This document shows, piece by piece, positions 21,280 to 31,821 of a stretch of DNA of 32,000 nucleotides. Numbering within the stretch: the first letter of the stretch is position 1; each line of letters starts with the position of its first letter. The notes under the pieces were generated by a model, which saw nothing but the letters and a program-made list of their open reading frames with translations, searched no databases and had not been told where the DNA came from. The stretch comes from Geobacter metallireducens GS-15. Lineage in GTDB: Bacteria; Desulfobacterota; Desulfuromonadia; Geobacterales; Geobacteraceae. Both the position numbers and the translations under genes were made by a program. The stretch is taken from assembly GCF_000012925.1 (NCBI RefSeq), contig NC_007517.1, forward strand, positions 3,570,001 to 3,602,000, written 5' to 3'.

Positions 21280-23808
21280 GTGTCGTATAACAATCTGCTC
21301 GCCATAGAAAAACCTGTCCGCTACACAGGAGATGAAATCGGCTCCCGCCCGAAGGAGGATGCCGAACTCCGCTTCGTCCTCGCCTTCCCCGATGTCTATG
21401 AGGTGGGGATGAGCCACCTGGGACTCCAGATTCTCTACGATATCCTGAACAGGGAGGAGGGGATCGCCGCGGAACGGGCCTATACCCCCTGGCCCGACCG
21501 GGAAGCACAACTGAGGAGCCTCGGCGAGTCCCTTGCGACCCTGGAGAGCCAGACCTCCCTGGCTCGGGCCGACATCATCGGCTTCACCCTCCAGTACGAG
21601 CTCTCCTATACCAACATCCTCACCATGCTCGACCTGGCCGGTATCCCCTTCCGGGCCGCGGAGCGGGGGGACGAATTCCCCCTCGTGATCGCCGGGGGCC
21701 CCTGCGCCTGCAACCCAGAGCCCCTGGCCGATTTTCTCGACGCAGTCCTCCTGGGGGACGGTGAGGAGGCGGTAGTAGAGATCGCCGCGGCCTGCCTGGA
21801 GCGGAAGCGGAACGGCGAGTCGAAGCAGTGGCTCCTGGAACGACTTGCCAGCATTGACGGGGTCTACGTCCCCTCCTTCTTCGAGCCCCGCTACCACGAC
21901 GACGGCACCATCGACGCCATCATCCCCCTGCGTCCTGCCCACGGCCGGGTACGGCGGCGGTTTCTCTCCGATCTCGATACGGCCCCCTACCCCACGGCTC
22001 CGGTGGTCCCCTTTCTCAAGACGATCCACGACCGGGTGAGCATCGAGATCGGCCGGGGCTGCACCCGGGGGTGCCGTTTCTGCCAGGCGGGGTACCTCTA
22101 CCGGCCGGTGCGGGAACGCTCCCCGGAAACGATTCTTAAGCTCGTTGAGGAGACCCTGCGGAACACCGGCTACGACGAGGTGTCGCTCCTCTCTCTCTCC
22201 ACCGGCGACTACGGCTGCCTCACGCCGCTGTTGCGGGAGCTGATGGTCCGCTATGCCCACGAGAGGATCGCCGTGGCGCTGCCGTCACTGCGGGTCGGGA
22301 GCCTCAGCCAGGAACTGGTCGAAGAGATCCGCAAGGTCCGCAAGACCGGCTTCACCCTGGCCCCCGAGGCGGGAAGCGAGCGACTGCGCACGATTATCAA
22401 CAAGGGGATCTCGGAAGAAGACCTCCTCCGCAACGCCTTCGAAGCCTTTTCCAACGGCTGGCGGGTCATCAAGCTCTACTTCATGATCGGACTTCCCGGC
22501 GAAACCGAGGAGGATCTCGTCGGCATCGCCGACCTGGCCCGCAAGGTAAAACAGGAGGGAAAGCGTGCCGGCAGCGGCGGCGAGGTAAACGTCTCGGTCT
22601 CCACCTTCGTCCCCAAGCCCCACACCCCCTTCCAGTGGGAGCCCCAGATCACCACCGAGGAGACCGTGGCCAAGCAGCGGTTTCTCCGGGACGAGCTCAA
22701 GAAGCGCAAGCTGGGCCTCAAGTGGCACGACGCCCCCCTCTCCTTCATGGAAGGGGTCTTCGCCCGGGGAGACCGGCGTCTCGGCGCCGTGCTGGCAAAG
22801 GCGTGGGAGCTGGGATGCCGTTTTGACGGCTGGGGGGACCGGCTGAAAAGCACCACGTGGCACGAGGCCTTTGCCGTCTGCGGCATCGACCCTGCCTTCT
22901 ACCACCGGCGCCGGGGAATCGACGAAACACTCCCCTGGGACCACCTGGACTTCGGTGTGACCAGGGCATTCCTGCGCCAGGAGTTGGAAAAGGCGTGGGC
23001 CGGGGAACCCACCGGCGACTGTCGTACGGGACGTTGCACCGGCTGCGGCATCTGCGACTTCGACCGGATCGCCATGCGGACCACCGATCCGGCGTGGCAG
23101 AAAGGCAGCGCACCCGCCACGCCTTCCCCCGTTGAAGCCGACGCGAAGGTGACCATGCGGCTTCGCTACACGAAGACCGGCGCCATGCGTTACCTGAGCC
23201 ATCTGGAGATGATCGGCCTCTTCACCCGGGCCGTGGGACGCGCCCGACTCCCCATCCGCTTCTCCCAAGGGTTCCACCCCCACCCCAAATTCTCGTTTGC
23301 CACGGCCCTTTCGGTCGGTGTAGAATCGTGGGCCGAGTATCTCGACATGGAGCTCATCCCCAGCCTCACGCCGGGGGAAGTACGGGACCGGCTCAACGCC
23401 GCACTCCCCGAAGGGATGCGGATCGTCGAGGCCGTGGTCATCCCGCCGGGGACGCCGTCCCTGTCAGTGCTCATGGACAAGGTTCGCTACCGGATTATCC
23501 TGCTGGAGGAAGCGGCTCGCGACCTTGCCGCCCGGGCAGAGGCGTTCCTTGCCCGGGACAGCTTCCCCCTCCGGCGGGCAAAAAAGGGGCGGATCCAGGA
23601 ATACGACCTGCGCCACGAACTGGCCGCACTCACCGTCGATGGCCCGACCCTGGAGCTGACCATCGGCCGGGGAAAACCCCTCGAGTACGCCGCCGCCATC
23701 ACGGGGCTTTCGCCCGAAGAGCTGGCCGATGCCCGCATCGAAAAGCTCGACGTCCTTTTCAAAGAATTTTCGATTTTATCTATACAGGGTATGTGCAATG
23801 GCCAATGA
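21280..23808 (+). CDS. radical SAM protein, fused TIGR03960-type (B12-binding-like + radical SAM) and TIGR03936-type (DUF2344) domains; function unknown
   Basis: 842 aa with a GTG start (GGAGA 9 nt upstream). The N-terminus is SYNNLLAIEKPVRYTGDE. The cluster motif is GCTRGCRFCQAG (CxxxCxxC). The C-terminal third is MRLRYTKTGAMRYLSHLEMIGLFTRAVGRARLPIRFSQGFHPHPKFSFA. The family names come from memory of the TIGRFAM descriptions. Confidence 0.9.
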   Translation: MSYNNLLAIEKPVRYTGDEIGSRPKEDAELRFVLAFPDVYEVGMSHLGLQILYDILNREEGIAAERAYTPWPDREAQLRSLGESLATLESQTSLARADIIGFTLQYELSYTNILTMLDLAGIPFRAAERGDEFPLVIAGGPCACNPEPLADFLDAVLLGDGEEAVVEIAAACLERKRNGESKQWLLERLASIDGVYVPSFFEPRYHDDGTIDAIIPLRPAHGRVRRRFLSDLDTAPYPTAPVVPFLKTIHDRVSIEIGRGCTRGCRFCQAGYLYRPVRERSPETILKLVEETLRNTGYDEVSLLSLSTGDYGCLTPLLRELMVRYAHERIAVALPSLRVGSLSQELVEEIRKVRKTGFTLAPEAGSERLRTIINKGISEEDLLRNAFEAFSNGWRVIKLYFMIGLPGETEEDLVGIADLARKVKQEGKRAGSGGEVNVSVSTFVPKPHTPFQWEPQITTEETVAKQRFLRDELKKRKLGLKWHDAPLSFMEGVFARGDRRLGAVLAKAWELGCRFDGWGDRLKSTTWHEAFAVCGIDPAFYHRRRGIDETLPWDHLDFGVTRAFLRQELEKAWAGEPTGDCRTGRCTGCGICDFDRIAMRTTDPAWQKGSAPATPSPVEADAKVTMRLRYTKTGAMRYLSHLEMIGLFTRAVGRARLPIRFSQGFHPHPKFSFATALSVGVESWAEYLDMELIPSLTPGEVRDRLNAALPEGMRIVEAVVIPPGTPSLSVLMDKVRYRIILLEEAARDLAARAEAFLARDSFPLRRAKKGRIQEYDLRHELAALTVDGPTLELTIGRGKPLEYAAAITGLSPEELADARIEKLDVLFKEFSILSIQGMCNGQ

Positions 23809-25300
23809 ACTGGTAATCAACACCTCGTCCCACGAGACCCGCATCGCCCTCATCGAGAACGGCACCATTGCCGAGCTCTACATCGAGCGGAGCCGCGAGA
23901 AGGGGATCGTCGGGAACATCTACAAGGGGAAGGTCGTCCGGGTCCTCCCCGGCATGCAGGCAGCCTTCGTGGACATCGGCCTGGAAAAGGCGGCTTTCCT
24001 CTACGTGGCCGACGTCTTCGACGCCATGGAGGAGTTCGACTCCTTCATGGACCGCAACGGCGAGGACGGCGAAGGGGAGCAGCAGGTGCTCCAGCCCCTC
24101 CACCCCATCGAAGAGCTCCTCCAGGAGGGGCAGGAGATCCTCGTCCAGGTGTCCAAGGAGCCCATCGGCACCAAAGGGGCGCGGATCACCTCCCACATCT
24201 CGCTGCCGGGTCGGCACCTGGTCTACATGCCCACGGTGGATCACGTGGGGATCTCCCGCCGGATCGAGGAGGAGCCGGAGCGGGAACGACTCAAGGAGAT
24301 CGTGGAGCGGATGAAGCCCCAGAACGGCGGTTTCATCGTCCGGACCGCCGCCGAGGGGAAGAGCGAGGAGGATCTCGTCTCGGACATGAACTACCTGACC
24401 AAGCTCTGGGACGAGGTGGTCAAGCGCAACGACAAGGGGCACGCCCCCTCCCTCATCCACGCCGACCTGGACGTGACCCAGAAGGTGATCCGCGACATCC
24501 TCACCGAGGACGTCTCCCGCATCGTGGTGGACTCCAAGACCGAGCATGACAAGATTGTCCAGTTCATCTCCACCTTCATGCCGAAGATGAAGTACTCCAT
24601 GGAGCTCTACGACGACGAGGAGCCCATCTTCGACCACTTCGGGCTGGAGGTGGAGATCAGCCGCGCCCTGGGGCGCAAGGTCTGGCTCAAGTCCGGCGGC
24701 TACATCATCATCGAGCAGACCGAGGCCCTGACCGCCATCGACGTGAACACCGGCCGTTTCGTGGGGAAGCACAACCTTGAGGATACGATCCTCAAGACCA
24801 ACCTGGAGGCGGTGAAGGAGATCGCCTACCAGCTCCGGCTCCGGAACATCGGCGGAATCATCATCATCGACTTCATCGACATGGAGAAGGAGGTGAACCG
24901 GGAAAAGGTTTTCACGGCCCTGGAAGAGGCCATGAAGGCCGACAAGTCCAAGACCAATATCCTGAAGATCTCGGAACTGGGCCTCGTGGAGATGACCCGC
25001 AAGCGGGTGCGCGAGTCCATCGGCCGGATGATGTGCGAACCCTGCCCCTACTGCGAGGGGCGCGGCTACGTGAAATCCAAGACCACGGTCTGCCACGAGA
25101 TCTTCCGGGAACTGCGCCGGGAGATGCTCGACATTCGCGGCACCAAGGCGACCCTCACCGTCCATCCCCAGGTGGCCGACCTCCTCTACGATGAGGAGCG
25201 CCGGGGGCTGGAGGAGCTGGAGAAGAAATTCAAGAAGCGGATCACCGTCCGGGCCAAGCCGGGCTTCCACCAGGAGCAGTTCGAGATCGCCATCAGCTAG
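23798..25300 (+). CDS. rng: ribonuclease G (Rne/Rng family)
   Basis: Start at MANELVINTSSHETRIALIENGTIAELYIER (ATG at 23798), overlapping the radical SAM stop by 11 nt. It has the S1 domain GNIYKGKVVRVLPGMQAAFVDIG, the catalytic region GGIIIIDFIDM and the Zn-link CPYCEGRG. Confidence 0.9.
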   Translation: MANELVINTSSHETRIALIENGTIAELYIERSREKGIVGNIYKGKVVRVLPGMQAAFVDIGLEKAAFLYVADVFDAMEEFDSFMDRNGEDGEGEQQVLQPLHPIEELLQEGQEILVQVSKEPIGTKGARITSHISLPGRHLVYMPTVDHVGISRRIEEEPERERLKEIVERMKPQNGGFIVRTAAEGKSEEDLVSDMNYLTKLWDEVVKRNDKGHAPSLIHADLDVTQKVIRDILTEDVSRIVVDSKTEHDKIVQFISTFMPKMKYSMELYDDEEPIFDHFGLEVEISRALGRKVWLKSGGYIIIEQTEALTAIDVNTGRFVGKHNLEDTILKTNLEAVKEIAYQLRLRNIGGIIIIDFIDMEKEVNREKVFTALEEAMKADKSKTNILKISELGLVEMTRKRVRESIGRMMCEPCPYCEGRGYVKSKTTVCHEIFRELRREMLDIRGTKATLTVHPQVADLLYDEERRGLEELEKKFKKRITVRAKPGFHQEQFEIAIS

Positions 25301-25318
25301 GAACAAAGGAATTCTTCC

Positions 25319-26497
25319 ATGATTGGAACCCCTCTCAAGAAAAGCGCCACGCGCGTCATGCTCCTCGGCTCCGGCGAGCTCGGGAAAGAGGTTGTGCTCG
25401 AAGCCCAGCGGCTCGGCGTCGAGGTAATCGCCGTCGACCGCTACGCCGATGCGCCCGCCATGCAGGTGGCCCACCGCGCCCATGTCGTCAACATGCTCGA
25501 CCGGGTCGAACTCGGCCGGATCGTGGCCCGGGAACGGCCCCACCTTATCGTCCCGGAAATCGAGGCGATCGACACCCCCTACCTCCTGGAACTGGAGCAG
25601 GAGGGGTACACCGTGATCCCCACGGCCCGGGCCGCCAACCTGACCATGAACCGGGAAGGCATCCGGCGCCTGGCGGCGGAAGAGCTGGGCCTGCCAACGG
25701 CTGCCTATCGCTTTGCCGCGAGTATCGAATCGTTCCGGGCGGCGGTGAAGGATATCGGCCTTCCCTGCGTGGTGAAACCAATCATGAGTTCCTCCGGCAA
25801 GGGACAAAGCGTTGTAAAGAGTATGGAAGAAATCGACGGCGCCTGGACCTACGCCATGGAAGGGGGCCGGGGGGCCTCCGATACCGTAATCGTTGAGGAA
25901 TTCATTCCCTTTGACTACGAGATCACGCTCCTGACCGTGCGCCACGCCGGGGGCACCACCTTCTGCCCTCCCATTGGCCACGTGCAGATCAAGGGGGACT
26001 ACCACGAGTCATGGCAGCCCATGGCCATGACGCCGGCCGCCCTGGCGGAATCCCAGCGCCAGGCCAAAGCAGTGACCGACGCTCTCGGCGGCTCCGGGAT
26101 CTTCGGGGTGGAACTCTTCATCAAGGGAGATCGGGTCTGGTTCAGCGAGGTTTCACCCCGCCCCCACGACACCGGCATGGTCACGATGATCTCCCAGAAC
26201 CTCTCCGAGTTCGAGCTTCACGTCCGGGCAATCCTTGGCCTTCCCGTTCCGGAGGTGGCAAACCTGGCCCCGGCGGCCTCCCATGTCGTCCTGGCCTCGG
26301 AAGCAGCCGAGGAGGTCACCTTCTCCGGCCTGGACGCCGCCCTCTCTGTCCCGGAAACGAAGCTGCGCCTCTTTGGAAAACCCGACACCCGGCCGGGACG
26401 ACGGATGGGGGTCGCACTCTCCTTCGGCGCCGACACCGACGAGGCGAGAAACCGGGCCGAGCAGGCAGCCCATGCAGTGAAGATCGTCACCCTCTGA
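25319..26497 (+). CDS. purT: formate-dependent phosphoribosylglycinamide formyltransferase 2
   Basis: 392 aa: [53 protein letters not shown]...[28 protein letters not shown]. This is the typical ATP-grasp PurT. Confidence 0.95.
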   Translation: MIGTPLKKSATRVMLLGSGELGKEVVLEAQRLGVEVIAVDRYADAPAMQVAHRAHVVNMLDRVELGRIVARERPHLIVPEIEAIDTPYLLELEQEGYTVIPTARAANLTMNREGIRRLAAEELGLPTAAYRFAASIESFRAAVKDIGLPCVVKPIMSSSGKGQSVVKSMEEIDGAWTYAMEGGRGASDTVIVEEFIPFDYEITLLTVRHAGGTTFCPPIGHVQIKGDYHESWQPMAMTPAALAESQRQAKAVTDALGGSGIFGVELFIKGDRVWFSEVSPRPHDTGMVTMISQNLSEFELHVRAILGLPVPEVANLAPAASHVVLASEAAEEVTFSGLDAALSVPETKLRLFGKPDTRPGRRMGVALSFGADTDEARNRAEQAAHAVKIVTL

Positions 26498-26521
26498 CCA
26501 TCATTCAAAAGGAGGTTTGTC

Positions 26522-26824
26522 ATGGATTTCGCGGCCAAAGTTTCCGATGTACCCGACTGGGGAAAGAAAATTGTCACCGTCAAGGGCCAGGAGATCCTCC
26601 TCGTCAAGACCAAGGGAAACATCTACGCCTGCGAGACCGAGTGCCCCCACCAGGGAGCCCCTCTATCCGGCGCCCTGGTCAAGGAGGAAGGGCATATCTC
26701 CTGCCAGCGCCACGGCTATCGGTTCAGCCTGAAGACCGGGGCCTGCAAGGAGTTTCCCGAGTACACCCTCAAGGTCTATCCGGTGGAGGTGGCAGGTGAC
26801 GATGTGCTGGTGGGACTGGAATAA
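26522..26824 (+). CDS. small Rieske [2Fe-2S] domain protein (NirD-like)
   Basis: 100 aa, with AGGAGG upstream. The Rieske ligand motifs are CPHQGAPL and CQRHGYRF. Confidence 0.85.
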   Translation: MDFAAKVSDVPDWGKKIVTVKGQEILLVKTKGNIYACETECPHQGAPLSGALVKEEGHISCQRHGYRFSLKTGACKEFPEYTLKVYPVEVAGDDVLVGLE

Positions 26825-26831
26825 AAATTTC

Positions 26832-26860
26832 TTGACTCCTCGCGCTGTTCCGGTTAACCT
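26832..26860 (+). promoter_or_regulatory. candidate sigma70 promoter for rplU-rpmA (TTGACT-17-TAACCT)
   Basis: TTGACT at 26832-26837, a 17-nt spacer, TAACCT at 26855-26860, preceded by aaaaattt. Motif match only. Confidence 0.3.
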
Positions 26861-26901
26861 TCCAAGCTCGTCAAAAAATTTGAACAAAGGTGGTGAAGTA
26901 C

Positions 26902-27210
26902 ATGTACGCGGTAGTGAGAACCGGAGGGAAGCAGTACAAAGTTTCCGAAGGCGACTTTCTGAAAGTCGAGAAGCTTGAGGGAGCGGTGGGCGACACCATC
27001 GAACTCAAGGACATCCTGATGGTTGGCGGCGAAACGGTCAAGATCGGAACACCGTTAGTGCCCAGCGCCTCTGTGGTCGGCAAAATTGTCGAGCAGGGCA
27101 AGGACAAGAAGATCCTCGTCTTCAAGTCCAAGAAGCGCAAGGACAGCAAGAAGCTGCGCGGGCACCGTCAACCGAGAACCGTACTCAAGATCGAAAAGAT
27201 CAACGGGTAA
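26902..27210 (+). CDS. rplU: 50S ribosomal protein L21
   Basis: MYAVVRTGGKQYKVSEGDFLKVEKL is the canonical L21 N-terminus. The ATG at 26902 follows AAGGTGGTGA. The track start at 26890 is a GTG inside the SD region. Confidence 0.95.
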   Translation: MYAVVRTGGKQYKVSEGDFLKVEKLEGAVGDTIELKDILMVGGETVKIGTPLVPSASVVGKIVEQGKDKKILVFKSKKRKDSKKLRGHRQPRTVLKIEKING

Positions 27211-27291
27211 TCAGCACCACAGCATTTTTTCGCAACGACGGCTCGGCAGTCCTGACTACCGATACGGCATGCCGTCAGGAGGTTTAACACC

Positions 27292-27549
27292 ATGGCACAC
27301 AAGAAAGGCGTCGGTTCCACACGGAACGGGCGCGATTCCGAATCAAAACGACTCGGCTGCAAGAAGTACGGCGGCGAGAACGTCAAGGCGGGGAACATCA
27401 TCTACCGCCAGCGCGGCACCCAGATCCACCCCGGCACCAACGTGGGGTGCGGCAAGGACTACACCCTCTTCGCCCTCATCGACGGCGTGGTGAAGTTCGA
27501 GCGACTGGGCCGCGACCGGAAGAAGGTCTCCGTCTACCCGGCCAGCTAA
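27292..27549 (+). CDS. rpmA: 50S ribosomal protein L27
   Basis: [48 protein letters not shown] is the canonical L27 sequence. AGGAGG is upstream. Confidence 0.97.
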   Translation: MAHKKGVGSTRNGRDSESKRLGCKKYGGENVKAGNIIYRQRGTQIHPGTNVGCGKDYTLFALIDGVVKFERLGRDRKKVSVYPAS

Positions 27550-27576
27550 CGCGTTGGCGGGTCGCACAAACCCAAG

Positions 27577-27613
27577 AGCCTGGGACTTTCGAGTTCCGGG
27601 CTTTTGTTGTTTC
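27577..27613 (+). terminator. possible intrinsic terminator or attenuator after rpmA
   Basis: AGCCTGG gactttcgagtt CCGGGCT forms a 7-bp stem with one G-U pair, followed by tttgttgtttc. The stem is weak, so partial read-through into obg is likely. Confidence 0.45.
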
Positions 27614-27617
27614 TTGA

Positions 27618-28655
<1,038 letters not shown>

Positions 28656-28665
28656 CGTGGTACCA

Positions 28666-29787
28666 ATGCGCACAGCCATCCTCAAAAAGGTCAAACGGAT
28701 CGTCATCAAGATCGGGAGCCGTGTCCTCACCGGCGACGAGAACGGCCTCAACCACGCCTTCATCGCCCGGCTTGCCGCCGAGACCGCATCGTTGCGACAG
28801 CAGGGGCGCCAGGTCATCGTCGTTTCATCGGGTGCCGTGGCTGCCGGCAGGCGCGAACTCGGCATCGAGGGACGGCCCAAGAGCATTCCCCAGAAGCAGG
28901 CCGCTGCCGCCATCGGCCAGTCACGCCTCATGCGGGCCTACGAAGAGGACTTCGGCCGCTTCGGCCACAAGGTGGCACAGATACTCCTCACCCGGGACGA
29001 TCTCGCCAACCGCCGCCGTTTCCTGAACGCCCGGGCAACCCTTGACACGCTCCTGGACTTCGGCGTCATTCCCGTCATCAACGAGAACGACACCGTGGTG
29101 GTGGACGAGATCAAGTTCGGCGACAACGACAACCTGTCGGCCCTGGTGACCAACCTGGCCGAGGCCCACCTCCTGGTGATCCTGACCGACATCGACGGCT
29201 TCTACGACTCCGACCCCCGGGCGAACCCCGATGCCAGGCTGATCCACCTGGTGAAGAGCATCACCCGCGAAACGGAGCGGGCCGCCGGCGACAGCGGCTC
29301 CAGCGTGGGCACCGGCGGCATGGTGACGAAGCTGGCCGCAGCCAAGAAGGCGGGGCAGTTCGGCGTCCCGACCCTCATGCTCAACGGCACGGTGCCGGGC
29401 ATTCTCACCAAGGCCTTTGCCGGCCGGGAGGTGGGAACCCTCTTCCTTCCCGCCCGGGAGAGCCTCAACCGCCGCAAGCACTGGATCGCCCACACCCTGC
29501 GCCCCAGCGGCCGAGTCATCGTGGACGACGGAGCCCGGACGGTCCTCTCCCGTCAGGGGAAAAGTCTCCTCCCCTCGGGGGTAATCCGAGTGGAGGGAGA
29601 GTTCGACCGAGGGGCCTGTGTCCGGGTTTGCGGGGCCGACGGCGCCGAAATCGCCCGGGGGGTGGTGGACTACTCCCACGCCGAAATCGAGCGGATCCTC
29701 GGCCACCGGAGCGGCGAGATCGAGGCGATCCTCGGCTACAAGTACGGAGACGAGATCATCCACCGGGACAACCTGGTGGTGCTATAA
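28666..29787 (+). CDS. proB: glutamate 5-kinase with a C-terminal PUA domain
   Basis: Start at [22 protein letters not shown] (ATG at 28666). It has [16 protein letters not shown] and TDIDGFY, and ends with a PUA-like region. The track start at 28555 overlaps obg. Confidence 0.95.
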   Translation: MRTAILKKVKRIVIKIGSRVLTGDENGLNHAFIARLAAETASLRQQGRQVIVVSSGAVAAGRRELGIEGRPKSIPQKQAAAAIGQSRLMRAYEEDFGRFGHKVAQILLTRDDLANRRRFLNARATLDTLLDFGVIPVINENDTVVVDEIKFGDNDNLSALVTNLAEAHLLVILTDIDGFYDSDPRANPDARLIHLVKSITRETERAAGDSGSSVGTGGMVTKLAAAKKAGQFGVPTLMLNGTVPGILTKAFAGREVGTLFLPARESLNRRKHWIAHTLRPSGRVIVDDGARTVLSRQGKSLLPSGVIRVEGEFDRGACVRVCGADGAEIARGVVDYSHAEIERILGHRSGEIEAILGYKYGDEIIHRDNLVVL

Positions 29788-29797
29788 AGAAAGAATT

Positions 29798-29850
29798 CAG
29801 GAGTCAGAATTCAGAATCCAGTAAGTTTTTCTCCTGAATTCTGACTCCTG
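29798..29850. repeat. intercistronic palindromic element: 17-bp perfect inverted repeat built from heptamer-phased CAG / CTG units
   Basis: caggagtcagaattcag (29798-29814) pairs perfectly with ctgaattctgactcctg (29834-29850); the loop is 19 nt. CAG occurs at 29798, 29805, 29812 and 29819. CTG occurs at 29834, 29841, 29848 and 29855, an exact 7-nt phase. No U-tract follows. Confidence 0.7.
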
Positions 29851-29882
29851 TCTCCTGACTACTCATAACGGAGGTACCTCCC

Positions 29883-31139
29883 GTGACCATCGCTGAACAG
29901 ATCCGCACCATCGCCGCCGACGCCCGCCAGGCCGCCATCGCCATGGCGAAGCTCCCCACCACGGCCAAGAACGACCTCCTCATGGCCATGGCCATGGCCC
30001 TCATCAGCAACACCCCGCACCTGATCGACGAGAACCGCAAGGACCTTGAGGCCGGGGAGAAGAAGGGGCTTTCCAGCGCCATGCTCGACCGCCTCATGCT
30101 GGATGAGGCACGCATCAAGGCCATGGCCGACGGCCTGCGGGAGGTGGCGGGACTCCCCGATCCCGTGGGGGAAGTGACGCGGATGTGGAAACGCCCCAAC
30201 AACCTCATGGTGGGGAAGATGCGGATTCCGCTGGGGGTCATCGGCATCATCTACGAGGCGCGCCCTAACGTGACGGCCGACGCCGCAGCCCTCTGTCTCA
30301 AGGCGGGGAACAGCGTGATTCTGCGGGGGGGCTCCGAGGCCATCCACTCCAACCTCGCCATCGCCCGCATCCTGGGGGAGGAGATGGAGCGGGCCGGCAT
30401 CCCGAAGGCGGCCCTGTCGGTCATCCCGTTCCCGGAGCGCGAGGGGGTCCTGGAGATGCTCAAGCAGGAGGAGTTCATCGACCTCATCATCCCGAGGGGG
30501 GGCGAGAGCCTGATCCGCTTCGTGGTGGAGCATTCGAAGATCCCGGTCATCAAGCACTACAAGGGGGTTTGCCACGTTTTTGTGGATGCGTCGGCTGATT
30601 TCGACATGGCCGAGCGGATCGTGGTGAACGCCAAGGTCCAGCGCCCCGGAGTCTGCAACGCCTTGGAGACGCTCCTTATCCACAAGGATGTGGCCGAGGC
30701 CTTCATCCCCCGCATCGCCGCAACCCTGACCGACCTCAAGGTGGAGCTGCGGGGCGATGACTGCGTCCGCCAGTTCGCCCCCCAGGCGAAGAAGGCCACG
30801 GAAGAGGACTGGCAGGCCGAGTACCTGGAGCTGATCCTGGCCGTCCGGGTGGTGGACGGCCTGAACGAAGCCATCGACCACATCAATGCCTACGGCTCCC
30901 TCCACACCGAGGCCATCGTCACCCGGGACTACCACAATTCCCAGCGCTTCATCCGGGAGGTGAACTCCAGCACGGTCCTCGTGAATGCCTCCACCCGCTT
31001 CGCCGACGGGAACCAGCTGGGGCTCGGCGCGGAGATCGGCATCTCCACCACCAAGCTCCATTCCTTCGGCCCCATGGGACTTGAGGATCTGACGACCACC
31101 AAGTTCATCGTCTACGGCGACGGCCAGGTAAGGCAGTGA
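29883..31139 (+). CDS. proA: gamma-glutamyl phosphate reductase
   Basis: 418 aa, GTG start with GGAGG 7 nt upstream. The sequence is MTIAEQIRTIAADARQAAIAMAKL...IIYEARPNVT...VCNALETLLIH...STRFADG, with the catalytic Cys in CNA. Confidence 0.95.
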   Translation: MTIAEQIRTIAADARQAAIAMAKLPTTAKNDLLMAMAMALISNTPHLIDENRKDLEAGEKKGLSSAMLDRLMLDEARIKAMADGLREVAGLPDPVGEVTRMWKRPNNLMVGKMRIPLGVIGIIYEARPNVTADAAALCLKAGNSVILRGGSEAIHSNLAIARILGEEMERAGIPKAALSVIPFPEREGVLEMLKQEEFIDLIIPRGGESLIRFVVEHSKIPVIKHYKGVCHVFVDASADFDMAERIVVNAKVQRPGVCNALETLLIHKDVAEAFIPRIAATLTDLKVELRGDDCVRQFAPQAKKATEEDWQAEYLELILAVRVVDGLNEAIDHINAYGSLHTEAIVTRDYHNSQRFIREVNSSTVLVNASTRFADGNQLGLGAEIGISTTKLHSFGPMGLEDLTTTKFIVYGDGQVRQ

Positions 31140-31162
31140 CCAGGGACCAGGGACCAGAGACC
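31138..31162. repeat. heptamer tandem repeat GACCAGG x about 3.6, overlapping the proA stop codon
   Basis: The sequence is tGACCAGGGACCAGGGACCAGAGACCgg. It fills most of the 31-nt proA-nadD spacer, and no SD is visible before the nadD ATG. Confidence 0.8.
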
Positions 31163-31170
31163 GGCAAAGC

Positions 31171-31821
31171 ATGAGAACGGGGATTCTCGGCGGCACCTTC
31201 AACCCGATCCACCACGCCCACCTCCGCATTGCGGAGGAGGTCCGGGACGCGTTCGCCCTGGACCAGGTCATCTTCATCCCCGCGGCTTCCCCTCCCCACA
31301 AACCCATGGAGGGAGAGATCCCATTCGAGGTCCGCTGCGAGATGGTCCGCCTTGCCACGGCGGACAACCCCTCCTTCGCCGTCTCCGACTTGGAAGGAAG
31401 GCGGACGGGAAAATCCTACTCCATCGACACCCTGCGGGAGTTGCGGCGGGAGCGCCCCGGGGACGAGTTCTTCTTCATCATCGGCAGCGACTCCTTCCTG
31501 GACTTCGGCTCCTGGCACGAGTACGAAGCCATCTTCTCTTCGTGCAACATCGTGGCGGTGGAGCGCCCCGGCGCCGTTATCCGCGACCTGGCGGCGGCCA
31601 TCCCCGTTGCGGTGGCGCCGCAGTTTTGCTATCATGCCGCCGAAAAACGCCTCGCCCACCGCTCGGGATACTCGGTCTACTACCTGGCCGGCATCCCCCT
31701 GGACATCTCATCAAGCGCCATCCGCAGACTCGCCCGTCTGGGCCGTTCCATCAGGTACCTGGTGCCGGAGCCGGTCGCGCATTACATCACGGAACAAAGG
31801 ATTTACACCCATGACCGATAA
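31171..31821 (+). CDS. nadD: nicotinate-nucleotide adenylyltransferase
   Basis: MRTGILGGTFNPIHHAHLRIAEEV carries the GxFxPxHxxH motif, and ISSSAIR is present near the C-terminus. 216 aa. Confidence 0.93.
   Translation: MRTGILGGTFNPIHHAHLRIAEEVRDAFALDQVIFIPAASPPHKPMEGEIPFEVRCEMVRLATADNPSFAVSDLEGRRTGKSYSIDTLRELRRERPGDEFFFIIGSDSFLDFGSWHEYEAIFSSCNIVAVERPGAVIRDLAAAIPVAVAPQFCYHAAEKRLAHRSGYSVYYLAGIPLDISSSAIRRLARLGRSIRYLVPEPVAHYITEQRIYTHDR

Noticed and set aside
23780-26005. 741-aa ORF on the - strand
   Set aside because: It is antisense to rng and purT, both of which have unmistakable family signatures. It shows the same GC-rich shadow-frame composition.
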